Positions 55,537 to 64,000 of a stretch of 64,000 nucleotides of DNA are shown one piece after another (position 1 is the first letter of the stretch; every line of letters starts with the position of its first letter). Position numbers and translations under genes: made by a program. The notes under the pieces are model-generated. The model was not told where the DNA came from and searched no databases. It saw only the letters and a program-made list of their open reading frames with translations. The stretch is taken from positions 7,858 through 71,857 of the forward strand of contig JANOJN010000272.1 of the NCBI GenBank assembly GCA_031418775.1. The letters are read 5' to 3'. Source of the stretch: Acidimicrobiia bacterium (GTDB lineage: Bacteria; Actinomycetota; Acidimicrobiia; Acidimicrobiales; JANYDT01).

Positions 55537-56570
55537 GCGGGGCCGAGGTGATCGCCCGCGCCGCCGCTCTGCTCGGGCCCCGAGCCGAACACGGCGTGGA
55601 GCTGGCGCCGTTCACCACCTTCCGCATCGGCGGACCGGCGCGGCTCGTCGTCCGTGCCCAGAGCGCCGACGACTTCAGCGCGTTGCACGACGCCGTCTGC
55701 GCCACCGGTGTCGATGTTCTGGTCATCGGACAGGGTTCGAACCTGCTCATCGGTGACGACGGGTGGCCTGGCCTCGTCGTGGTCGTCGGTGGCGGCGAGG
55801 GCGACGCGATCGACATCGAGCGCACGGCCGATCACGAGTTCATGGTGCGGGCGGGCGCCGGAGTGAAGCTGCCGGTACTCGCACGGCGATCGGTGGCCGA
55901 AGGGGCCACCGGCCTCGAATGGATGGTCGGTGTGCCCGGCTCGGTCGGCGGTGCGGTGAGGATGAACGCGGGGGGTCACGGATCGGACGTGGCCACGAAC
56001 ATCGTCAGCGCCGACGTCGTCGACCTCGCCGACGATGTCGGCATCGTCCGTCGTTCATCCGGGTCCCTGGGCCTCGCCTACCGACACAGCGACCTCTCTG
56101 CTTCGGAGGTCGTCATCAATGCAGCATTCCGGTGTGGCGTCGGCCCGAGCGCGGCGGGGGAGGAGACGCTCCGTGAGATCGTCCGGTGGCGACGCACCCA
56201 TCAGCCCGGCGGCGCCAACTGCGGCTCGGTGTTCACCAACCCCCCGGGCGACTCGGCCGGCCGCCTGATCGACGCGGCCGGATTGAAGGGGAACCGGATC
56301 GGCGGCGCATCCGTGTCCGACAAACATGCCAACTTCATCCAGGCCGACCCGGGCGCATCCGCCGCCGATGTCTGGGCGCTCATCACCGACGTACGGGCGC
56401 GGGTGTTCGAACGCTTCGGCGTGGTGCTGACCCCGGAGGTGCGCACCGCCGGCTTCCTCGCAGAACTGCCCGTGCTCGCCCCGCAAGGTTCGCGGAACGA
56501 CGTTCGTGACGAAGACCATGCTCCTTCGCCGACCGGCCGATCGGTCGCCGAACCCGAACACAACCACTGA
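55533..56570 (+). CDS. murB: UDP-GlcNAc-enolpyruvate reductase
   Basis: TTFRIGGPA, GQGSNLL, GVPGSVGGAVRMNAG, CGSVFTNP, HANF. Confidence 0.96.
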   Translation: MSGAEVIARAAALLGPRAEHGVELAPFTTFRIGGPARLVVRAQSADDFSALHDAVCATGVDVLVIGQGSNLLIGDDGWPGLVVVVGGGEGDAIDIERTADHEFMVRAGAGVKLPVLARRSVAEGATGLEWMVGVPGSVGGAVRMNAGGHGSDVATNIVSADVVDLADDVGIVRRSSGSLGLAYRHSDLSASEVVINAAFRCGVGPSAAGEETLREIVRWRRTHQPGGANCGSVFTNPPGDSAGRLIDAAGLKGNRIGGASVSDKHANFIQADPGASAADVWALITDVRARVFERFGVVLTPEVRTAGFLAELPVLAPQGSRNDVRDEDHAPSPTGRSVAEPEHNH

Positions 56571-57781
56571 TGTCTCGTTCCCACCTGTCTGGAGTCCGTC
56601 CCGTGTCAGATCTCATCGATCAAGCGTCGCCCGGTTTCGCCGATCCCGCCGTCCCGTCGGCAACGGCGACGACCGCCGTGCTCGACCGCGGCTCCACCGA
56701 GGGTCGGCCGCTCGAATCCTTTGCACCGGTGGCGTCGATGCGGATGCGTCCGGCTCCCGAACCAGCACGGTCGATGACCCCGACCAGCAACAAGGACGCG
56801 CCGACGCCCGCTGCGGGACCAGCCGGCGGTGGTTCCGTCAGTTCCGGCCCGTCCCGGCCATTCCCGTCGGGTTCGAGGCGCCCGGGAGCGGTTGGAGGGG
56901 TGACCGTCCGCGCCCCGCTCCTCGATCCCACGAGAGCAGCACCGACCCCGCAAGCCCGCCCGCACGTGTCTTCGTCGGGTCGGCGACAGGCGCCGGCCCA
57001 TCCACGGCTCGCCGACCGTCAGCGTTCCATCCGTCGCACCGAGCGCGTCGCTCTTCTGCGGCCATTCCTGGTTCCCGTGGCGCTGGTCGCCACGCTCGCC
57101 TCCGGCGCGTGGGTGGCGCTGCTGTCGCCTCTGCTGTCGGTGTCGACCGTCGTGCTCCGCTTCAACGGCTCAGCGGCAGAACAGCAGGAGATCTCCCGCA
57201 TCATCACGCCGATGCGCAACAACAACCTGCTCCGGCTCGACGTCGGAAACCGCGAGTCAGCGCTCCGCTCGTTGCCGTGGGTCGCGACGGCGACTGTGCG
57301 GCGCTCGTTCCCCCGGACCGTGGAGGTGAGCGTGACGGCACACGACGTCGCGGGCGCCGTGCAACTCCCGAACGGCCGCGTCGCCCTGACCGCCACCGAC
57401 GGGTCGGTCCTCTCGATCGTCGACGCCGATGATGCGTCGGTCCTCGGACTGCCGTCGTTCGACCTGGGTCTGACGGCCATCCCGGCCCCCAATGATTCGC
57501 TGGCCGACCCGGCTCCCGCGGTGCTATCCAGCGCGAAGGCCATCGAACGTCGGCTCCCGGGTCGGCTGCTGCGGGTCGTGCTCCGCGACAGCGGAGTCGA
57601 GTGGTTGCTCAAGCCGACGGACGGGGGCTCGGCGGCGCGGGTGCTGGTCGGTCGACCAAGGGACTCCGACGTTCCAGCCGCCGCGCTCGCGTCGGTGCTC
57701 AGTCGCCCGGGGCCGATGCCGAAGACGATCGACTTGCGCACTCCCGACACCCCGATCCTCACCTTCGCTGCCGTCGGCTGA
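56570..57781 (+). CDS. ftsQ: FtsQ/DivIB with long disordered N-terminus
   Basis: TM then POTRA (LLSVSTVVL...LPWVATATVRRSFPRTVEVSV), C-terminal IDLR. Confidence 0.85.
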   Translation: MSRSHLSGVRPVSDLIDQASPGFADPAVPSATATTAVLDRGSTEGRPLESFAPVASMRMRPAPEPARSMTPTSNKDAPTPAAGPAGGGSVSSGPSRPFPSGSRRPGAVGGVTVRAPLLDPTRAAPTPQARPHVSSSGRRQAPAHPRLADRQRSIRRTERVALLRPFLVPVALVATLASGAWVALLSPLLSVSTVVLRFNGSAAEQQEISRIITPMRNNNLLRLDVGNRESALRSLPWVATATVRRSFPRTVEVSVTAHDVAGAVQLPNGRVALTATDGSVLSIVDADDASVLGLPSFDLGLTAIPAPNDSLADPAPAVLSSAKAIERRLPGRLLRVVLRDSGVEWLLKPTDGGSAARVLVGRPRDSDVPAAALASVLSRPGPMPKTIDLRTPDTPILTFAAVG

Positions 57782-57948
57782 CGCGCCCCGGGTAGCCCGC
57801 CTCGGTCCGTCCGCCTCGTTGCCGCGCGCAATCGGCGAGGCAGGTCGTGCAGCGACTTGCCACGTCCAATCCCATCCCCGGCACTAACCTGCCCCCAATC
57901 ACTCGGGTGGTCCGCACTACGCGCCTGCCCCACTCTTCGGAGGTCCTT

Positions 57949-59067
57949 GTGGTCCCACCACAGAATTACCTGGCTGTCATCAAGGTTGTCGGTTGCGGCG
58001 GCGGTGGCGTCAATGCCGTCAACCGGATGATCGAGGCCGGGCTGAAGGGGTCCGAGTTCATCGCGGTGAACACCGATGCGCAGGCGCTGCTGATGAGCGA
58101 CGCCGATGTCAAGCTCGACATCGGCCGCGAGCTCACCCGTGGTCTTGGCGCGGGATCCGATCCCGAGATTGGCCGTCGGGCCGCTGAGGAACACATCGAG
58201 GAGATCCGGGAGGCCATCAAAGGTGCTGACATGGTCTTCGTGACCGCAGGCGAGGGTGGTGGCACCGGCACCGGTTCGGCTCCGGTCATCGCGGAGGTGG
58301 CGAAGTCCATGGGTGCGTTGACCATCGGTGTCGTGACCCGTCCGTTTTCGTTCGAAGGCCGTCGCCGTTCGGTGCAGGCGGAGAACGGCATCCAGCACCT
58401 CAAGGAGAAGGTCGACACCCTCATCGTCATCCCGAACGACCGCCTCCTCACCGTTGCGTCCGACAAGACGACCATGGTGACGGCGTTCAAGATGGCCGAC
58501 GAGGTGCTGCTCCAGGGTGTGCAGGGCATCACCGACCTGATCACGATCCCCGGACTCATCAACACCGACTTTGCCGACGTGCGGGCCATCCTCCAAGATG
58601 CGGGCACCTCGCTCATGGGCATCGGCTACGGCACCGGCAACGGACGTGCGGCGACCGCAGCTCGCACGGCGATCTCGTCTCCGCTCCTCGAGTCCTCCGT
58701 CGAGGGGGCCCGTGGCATTCTGCTGAACATCACCGGTGCACACGACCTTGGCCTCTTCGAGGTCAACGAGGCTGCGGAAATCATCCGGGGCGTGGCCCAC
58801 CCCGATGCCAACATCATCTTCGGAACGGTGATCGACGACGCCATGGAAGATGTCGTTCGTGTCACCGTCATCGCCGCCGGCTTCGACCGCTGGGACGACC
58901 AGCGCAAGAGCTCGTCGCCGGCGACCAGCAGCGGTGGTCCGGGAAGCTCCGAGAAGGGTCTGCGCGCCGTACCGAATCCGGCTGACGACATCTTCACGTC
59001 GCCCGACGACGGCGGCGGCTACAGCGGTGACGACGACGAGTTCGACGTCCCTTCGTTCTTGAAGTAG
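57949..59067 (+). CDS. ftsZ: Cell division protein FtsZ
   Basis: [36 protein letters not shown], acidic tail ending FDVPSFLK; GTG start after GGAGG. Confidence 0.98.
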   Translation: MVPPQNYLAVIKVVGCGGGGVNAVNRMIEAGLKGSEFIAVNTDAQALLMSDADVKLDIGRELTRGLGAGSDPEIGRRAAEEHIEEIREAIKGADMVFVTAGEGGGTGTGSAPVIAEVAKSMGALTIGVVTRPFSFEGRRRSVQAENGIQHLKEKVDTLIVIPNDRLLTVASDKTTMVTAFKMADEVLLQGVQGITDLITIPGLINTDFADVRAILQDAGTSLMGIGYGTGNGRAATAARTAISSPLLESSVEGARGILLNITGAHDLGLFEVNEAAEIIRGVAHPDANIIFGTVIDDAMEDVVRVTVIAAGFDRWDDQRKSSSPATSSGGPGSSEKGLRAVPNPADDIFTSPDDGGGYSGDDDEFDVPSFLK

Positions 59068-59101
59068 CCACGTCCGGCCGTCGAGCACAGCGCACGCTTT
59101 C

Positions 59102-59779
59102 TTGCCGGTCCCGACCCTCGACGTCGACGGGTGGTCCGTCTGCTTCACCGACCGTCGCGACGGTGACTTCGGGCCGTCGAGCGTCGGTGTGGCGGAGCGC
59201 CGTGCCGCCATCGTCGGCGCCTTGCCCGTTGCGTGGCTCCGCCAAACACACGGATCGGGCGTGGTGCTGTTCGCCGGCCCCCACGCGGTCGGCCAGTTGG
59301 CGGGCGCGGACGGAGATGCGGCCGTCACTGACGCGCCCGGCGTCGCCCTGTGCGTCGTGACCGCTGACTGTGCCCCGATCGCGATCGTCGCGGGACATGT
59401 CGGTGCAGTCGTGCATGCCGGCTGGCAGGGTCTTCTCTCTGGGGTGATCGAAGCGGCGGTCGCGGCGGTCGGGCGGCTCGCCGGCCCGGACGCGTCGCCC
59501 CGCGCAGTCCTCGGTCCGTGCATCCACCCGGGTTCGTATGCATTTGGCGCCGACGATCTTGACCGGGTGGCAGCGCGCTACGGGGAACAGGTGCGCAGTC
59601 ACACCGTGGACGGCCGACCTGCGCTCGACCTTCCCGGCGCCGTCGAAGCGGCGCTGTCAGCGGTGCAGGTTCCGGTATCGCTCGCCTGGAATACCGACAC
59701 CTCGTCGCCGAGCCTCTACTCGCACCGGACCAGGGCCGATCCCGAGCGACAGGCGATGTTCCTCTGGCGGGACCGATGA
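59102..59779 (+). CDS. pgeF: YfiH/PgeF laccase-like purine nucleoside phosphorylase
   Basis: QTHG, DAAVT, TADCAPI, HAGWQG, LGPCI, YSHR. Confidence 0.9.
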   Translation: MPVPTLDVDGWSVCFTDRRDGDFGPSSVGVAERRAAIVGALPVAWLRQTHGSGVVLFAGPHAVGQLAGADGDAAVTDAPGVALCVVTADCAPIAIVAGHVGAVVHAGWQGLLSGVIEAAVAAVGRLAGPDASPRAVLGPCIHPGSYAFGADDLDRVAARYGEQVRSHTVDGRPALDLPGAVEAALSAVQVPVSLAWNTDTSSPSLYSHRTRADPERQAMFLWRDR

Positions 59780-60474
59780 CCGATCCGCTCGTCGGCCAGC
59801 CGGCCGAACGCGAACTTTCTCATGCGATCGCCGAGCGACTTGGCGTTGTCCGACAGCACATCCTTGCGGCGGGCCGTCGACTCGACGAAGTGACGATCGT
59901 CGCCGTGACCAAGGGGTTCGGCGCAGACACCGTGCGCGCCGCTCGAGCCGCCGGGCTCACCCTGTTCGGCGAGAACTACGCCGACGAACTCGTCGCGAAG
60001 GCTACCGAACTCACCGCGGAAGGGTTCGACGGTCGATGGACGTTCCAGGGCCGGCTCCAGTCCAACAAGATCAATCGACTGGCGCCGATCGTTTCTCTGT
60101 GGCAGACGGTCGGGTCGGTGGACCAGGCGGCGGCGTTGGCGAAACGGGTGCCGTCGGCCGAAGTTCTCGTGCAGGTGAACCTCACCGGGCGCTACGAGCA
60201 GGGCGGCGTCAACGTCGAAGAGGTCGCTCCGGTGATCGAGGCAGCCCACCTCGGCGGGCTCGTCGTGCGCGGACTGATGGGAATCGGCCCCGACACCGAG
60301 GATCACTTCGCCCGGCGGCAGTCGTTCGCCATCCTGCGTCGGGCGACGCTGCTCCATGGTCTCGCCGAGACTTCGATGGGGATGTCCGAGGACTACATCG
60401 ATGCGCTCGCCGAAGGCTCGACGATGATCCGTCTCGGCAGCGTTCTCTTCGGTCGCCGTCCGACGCGTCCGTAG
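59776..60474 (+). CDS. yggS: PLP homeostasis protein
   Basis: VAVTK, FGENY, GRLQSNK, RGLMGI, SMGMSED, TMIRLGSVLFG. Confidence 0.93.
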   Translation: MTDPLVGQPAERELSHAIAERLGVVRQHILAAGRRLDEVTIVAVTKGFGADTVRAARAAGLTLFGENYADELVAKATELTAEGFDGRWTFQGRLQSNKINRLAPIVSLWQTVGSVDQAAALAKRVPSAEVLVQVNLTGRYEQGGVNVEEVAPVIEAAHLGGLVVRGLMGIGPDTEDHFARRQSFAILRRATLLHGLAETSMGMSEDYIDALAEGSTMIRLGSVLFGRRPTRP

Positions 60475-60622
60475 TTCGTCGGCCGCGTGGCCGGCACGAT
60501 CATCTCCTCGGGGACGTCGGTCGAGGCCTCGCGCGACCCCGTTCTCCGGAGAACACCGCTGGCCGACGACCGGACCACTAACATGACAGGCTTGATCGTC
60601 GGATACTCCGACCGGAGGATGC

Positions 60623-61162
60623 ATGGCAGGGTTCTTCAACAAGGCAATGGATTATCTGGGCCTGAGTGACAACGACGCGTACGGCGACTATGAGCCGTAC
60701 GAGGATCAGGGCCAATCTGCGCCGCCCCGGCGGCAACCCGACCGTCACGCCTATGAGTTCGATCAGCCCAACGTCCGTGCCGTTCCGGTGGTTCCCGTCG
60801 AATCCGGTGTCGGTATGGTTACGCCGCAGGTCCGGGCCGTGCCGTCATCGAGCAACGGCGGTTCCGGGTCGGTTCGGCCCCTCCCGGGAGCTTCGGCCAC
60901 CAAGGTGCACGCGGTCACGCCCAGTTCGTTTGCCGACGCCCAGGAGATCGGAGAGCGTTTCCGCGCTGCCCAACCCGTGATCGTCAATCTCGGTGAAGTC
61001 GACCGCGAGGTCAAACGGCGGCTGATCGATTTCGCGGCTGGTCTGACCTTCGGACTCAATGGCTCGATGGACCGGGTGTCCGACGTCGTCTACATGCTCA
61101 CGCCCCGGGATCTGCCGTCTCCGGCCCTCGGAGCCGACGACCGGTCTCGCCCAGTCGGTTGA
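60623..61162 (+). CDS. sepF: Cell division protein SepF
   Basis: KAMDYLGL, PSSFADAQEIG, VIVNL, RLIDFAAGL, YMLTP. Confidence 0.93.
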   Translation: MAGFFNKAMDYLGLSDNDAYGDYEPYEDQGQSAPPRRQPDRHAYEFDQPNVRAVPVVPVESGVGMVTPQVRAVPSSSNGGSGSVRPLPGASATKVHAVTPSSFADAQEIGERFRAAQPVIVNLGEVDREVKRRLIDFAAGLTFGLNGSMDRVSDVVYMLTPRDLPSPALGADDRSRPVG

Positions 61163-61190
61163 GCCCGGTCCCCTCGGAGACGGAAGCACC

Positions 61191-61877
61191 ATGACGATCT
61201 CGGGCGAGTCCATCCGCAAGATCGAGTTCCGCGAGGGCTGGCGGGGCTACAACCAGGTCGACGTCGACGTGTTCCTCGAAGAGGTTGCTGCAGATGTCGA
61301 CGAACTCCACGCGACGTTGGGAGAAGCGAAGGCCCGCGCGGAACGGGCCGAGACGAGGGTGACCGCTCCCGGGGTTACCCCGGAGACCGACGAGACCGTC
61401 CGCCGGACGCTCACCCTCGCGCAGCGGGCCGCTGACCTCGTCGTCGGTGAGTCGAAAGCCGTCGCCGAGCGCATTGTCGCCGATGCGACGACACAGGCGA
61501 CTCGCCTTCAGGCGGAGGGTGCCGCCGCCGCAGCAGCGGCTGCCGCCGCAGCACAAGCCGACGCGAACGAGGCCATCGCGAAGCGAATGAGCGAGGCCGA
61601 CATCCAGCACTCGCACCACCTGGCCGCGCTCGACGCGCAGCGCCAGACGATCGCCGACGAACTCGATCGTCGACGGCACGAGCTCGACGACCTCCGCTCA
61701 CTCACGGCGGCAACGCGCGATCGGCTGCGCGCTGCGCTCACCGATCATCTGGCTCGGCTCGACCAACTCGACGAGGGTGGCGATGCGTCCGTGCCGATGA
61801 TCGTGGTGCCGGACACGTTCTCGTCGGCGTCGGCAGATGCGGACGCCGAGCCGATGGTGGCCGCACTCTCCGATTGA
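61191..61877 (+). CDS. divIVA: DivIVA/Wag31 domain protein
   Basis: IRKIEFREGWRGYNQVDVDVFL, RTLTLAQRAAD, coiled coils; ATG 61191. Confidence 0.88.
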   Translation: MTISGESIRKIEFREGWRGYNQVDVDVFLEEVAADVDELHATLGEAKARAERAETRVTAPGVTPETDETVRRTLTLAQRAADLVVGESKAVAERIVADATTQATRLQAEGAAAAAAAAAAAQADANEAIAKRMSEADIQHSHHLAALDAQRQTIADELDRRRHELDDLRSLTAATRDRLRAALTDHLARLDQLDEGGDASVPMIVVPDTFSSASADADAEPMVAALSD

Positions 61878-62059
61878 GCGCCGAGCCGGCCGGAGCGGCC
61901 GACGGTCCGGGTGCCGGCGGATGACGAATCGTGACATGGGTCATGTCGACGAACGACCTTCTGGCGGTCAATGGCGCGAATTCGGGTCAGTGACGCAGTA
62001 GTCTGCCCGCCTTCCCGGGGATCTCGCGGTCCCTCCGGCACCGTCAACGGGAGTACATC

Positions 62060-63724
62060 GTGGCTGCATCGTCGAAATCGATTCCTGCTCGCAAACCGGC
62101 GAAATCCGCCGTAGCAAAGAAGGCGTCGCCGGCGCCGAGCAAGACTGTCGCCAAGGCGGCGGTCAAAGGTGGGGGGCCTTCGTCCAAATCCGGGAAGCCG
62201 TCCGCTTCGAAGGCGGGCACGAAGGCGACAGCCCCCAAGTCGACGGCCGGTAGGGGAGCGGTGGCCAAGGCGAGCCCGAAGGCTGCGGCCGGCGCGACGA
62301 AGTCCCGCTCGACGGCCTCGAAGAACGTGCTGTCACTGAAGACGGCGCCCGCAACCAAGAAACCCACTCCGTCGAAGATCCCGAAAGCCAAACCAGGCAC
62401 CACCACCAAGCCAGGTACCAAAGCAGCAAAAGCAGCACCCGCGAAGACCGCGGTCCCGGTGAAGCGCGCCTCGGCGAGTGTCACCAAAGCGAAAACGGCA
62501 CCTTCCCCCACCCGATCGGCGTCACCAACCACCATGAAGTCTCCACGTACCTCCAGCGGCACGGCGAAACAGCCCGCAACGACAAACGCGTCAGCCAAGG
62601 CTGTCGCTCCTCCCGCCAAGGCGAGCGCCGAGCAGTCGAAGACTCCGGCGGCCAAGGCCTCCGCTGCCAAGGCCACTCCGGCAACGTCGCCGGTGAAGGC
62701 CGCTCCGGCCAAGCCCGCGGCTCCGGTCAAGGCTGCGGCTCCGGCCAAATCTGCTCCGGTGAAGGCCGCGGCTCCGGTCAAGGCCGCCGCTCCGGCCAAA
62801 TCTGCTCCGGCGAAGGCCGCGGCTCCGGTCAAGGCTGCGGCTCCGGCCAAATCTGCTCCGGTCAAGGCTGCCGATCCGGTCAAGGCCGCCGCTCCGGTCA
62901 AGGCCGCGGCTCCGGCGAAGACCGCCGCTCCGGCGAAGACCGCTACCAAGGTGGCGCCCTCCGCGGTCGAAGCGCCGAAGCCGGCAAAGGGGTCGGCATC
63001 CAAGGCTGCGCCCGCTGCTGACCCGGTTGTCGCAGCACCGGCCCCGGCCGAGCCGACGCCGGTTGTCGCCGAAGTCGCACCGCCGCCGCCCCCTCCGCCC
63101 GCCCCGGTCAAAGAGGCGAAGGTTCCGACCGGGAAGAACGCGCCCATCCCGGGAGCCATGGTCGCTCCGGCCTCTCCCGAGGCCCGCGCCGCTGCGCTCG
63201 CCCGCTCGGAGAACCAGCCGGCGCGAGCAGTCGTGTCTCTTCGACCAGCCGGTCGCTCGATGCCCGCTGCGGTCCCGGTGCGCACGCCGGTGAAGCTGCT
63301 CAAAGCTCCTGCGATCAACCTGGACGACGAGTTCGACGGGATCGAGGCACTGAGCGAAGGCCAATTCCTGACCCAGCAGCGAGACCTCCTCACGATTTCG
63401 CGTGACGCCCTGCAGCGTCAGGCCGAGGCGTTCCAGGAGGAGGCGGACCAACTGGCCAGGGAGATGGAACCCGGGGATGTGCAGTTCGACGACGAGTCCG
63501 GCGAGGGCGGGACGCTCTCGATGGAGCGCGAGCGCGATCTCGCGATGTCCGCGCAATTCCTCCTGAAGGTCGAAGAGGTCGAAGAGGCCCTCGTTCGGAT
63601 CGGTACTGGCGAGTACGGCTACTGCGGCCACTGTCAGAAGCCCGTCACCCGCATGCGTCTGCGTGCCCTGCCGTTCACGACGCTCTGTATCGAGTGTAAG
63701 AACGGTGGTCTGTCACGTCGGTGA
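62060..63724 (+). CDS. dksA: Histone H1-like (K/A/P-rich) N-terminus fused to TraR/DksA C4 zinc-finger domain (DdbA-like architecture)
   Basis: ~400 aa K/A/P/S-rich region; C-terminal MERERDL...RIGTGEYGYCGHC-x17-CIEC. Confidence 0.85.
   Translation: MAASSKSIPARKPAKSAVAKKASPAPSKTVAKAAVKGGGPSSKSGKPSASKAGTKATAPKSTAGRGAVAKASPKAAAGATKSRSTASKNVLSLKTAPATKKPTPSKIPKAKPGTTTKPGTKAAKAAPAKTAVPVKRASASVTKAKTAPSPTRSASPTTMKSPRTSSGTAKQPATTNASAKAVAPPAKASAEQSKTPAAKASAAKATPATSPVKAAPAKPAAPVKAAAPAKSAPVKAAAPVKAAAPAKSAPAKAAAPVKAAAPAKSAPVKAADPVKAAAPVKAAAPAKTAAPAKTATKVAPSAVEAPKPAKGSASKAAPAADPVVAAPAPAEPTPVVAEVAPPPPPPPAPVKEAKVPTGKNAPIPGAMVAPASPEARAAALARSENQPARAVVSLRPAGRSMPAAVPVRTPVKLLKAPAINLDDEFDGIEALSEGQFLTQQRDLLTISRDALQRQAEAFQEEADQLAREMEPGDVQFDDESGEGGTLSMERERDLAMSAQFLLKVEEVEEALVRIGTGEYGYCGHCQKPVTRMRLRALPFTTLCIECKNGGLSRR
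62689..62949 (+). repeat. Intragenic tandem repeat of 15/18-nt units (PVKAAA / PAKSA), about 15 units
   Basis: Repeated GCTCCGG(T/C)(C/G)AA units with a higher-order 17-aa (51-nt) period. Confidence 0.9.
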
Positions 63725-63768
63725 CCAGCCCGCCGGGCCGGTCCGATCGTGGCTCCGACCTCCGTGCG

Positions 63769-64000
63769 ATGACGAACGATTCCAACCCGTCGACCTCTCG
63801 GTCCCGTGGCCGCGCCCTTTCGGCGCGCACGTGGGGGCTCCTGGTCGCGGCCCTCGTTGTCGTCATCGACCAGCTCACGAAGTCGCTCGTGGTGAGCCAC
63901 ATCGGTGCAGCCGAAGAGGTCCGTATCGGCGGTGGGGTGCGTCTGATCCGACGGTTCAACACCGGCATGGCCTTCTCCCGGGGGAGCGGTTCGGGGGCGG
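63769..64000 (+). CDS. lspA: Lipoprotein signal peptidase II, 5' part, runs off the window's right edge
   Basis: VVVIDQLTKSLV and RFNTGMAFS; position after the dksA-like gene; start 63769 or GTG 63721. Confidence 0.85.
   Translation, partial: MTNDSNPSTSRSRGRALSARTWGLLVAALVVVIDQLTKSLVVSHIGAAEEVRIGGGVRLIRRFNTGMAFSRGSGSGA

Noticed and set aside
56-64000. Several hundred overlapping ORFs in the six-frame track (e.g. 56-1144, 2906-4375, 25403-27577, 43144-44577, 57019-59523, 62044-63393)
   Set aside because: They lie antisense or out of frame to genes with clear family motifs and are R/G/P/A-rich without motifs, as expected for shadow ORFs in high-GC DNA.
1-64000. tRNA, rRNA, integrase, transposase or prophage genes
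   Set aside because: No T-loop/cloverleaf, rRNA-like segment or recombinase/transposase motifs recognised by eye; tRNAscan-SE and Infernal would be needed to exclude small RNAs.

Overview
High-GC actinobacterial chromosomal DNA. Gene content and order suggest class Acidimicrobiia (inference from the F420 reductase, DesA-type desaturase, mitochondrial-type aconitase, queA and the sepF-divIVA-dksA-lspA order). From left to right: a partial MshC/CysRS-like ligase, npdG, fabI, lipid and acyl-CoA metabolism genes, an aconitase divergent from a GntR/UTRA regulator, a polar amino-acid ABC transporter, hydrolases and a thiolase-like gene, two tandem PLP enzymes, ruvCAB-queA, a four-gene BON/OmpA plus coiled-coil envelope locus, a metal ABC transporter, and a minus-strand run of pgl, nadD-like, hydrolase and peptidase-S51/CysRS-C fusion genes. 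The right third is a dcw cluster (mraZ to divIVA) lacking murD and yggT, followed by a histone-like/DksA fusion and partial lspA. I saw no rRNA, tRNA, CRISPR array, integrase or transposase. The strongest leads are: (1) a Ser-hydrolase (peptidase S51/cyanophycinase-like) fused to what looks like the CysRS DALR/anticodon-binding module; (2) a dispersed ~70-bp two-hairpin intergenic element present three times; (3) an identical 11-aa motif, with mostly different synonymous codons, in two divergent secreted CAP proteins; (4) a duplicated arfABC-like envelope module; (5) a secreted Ser-linker protein with a toxin-like RNase domain and no adjacent immunity gene. All calls are by-eye motif recognition; no database search was run.
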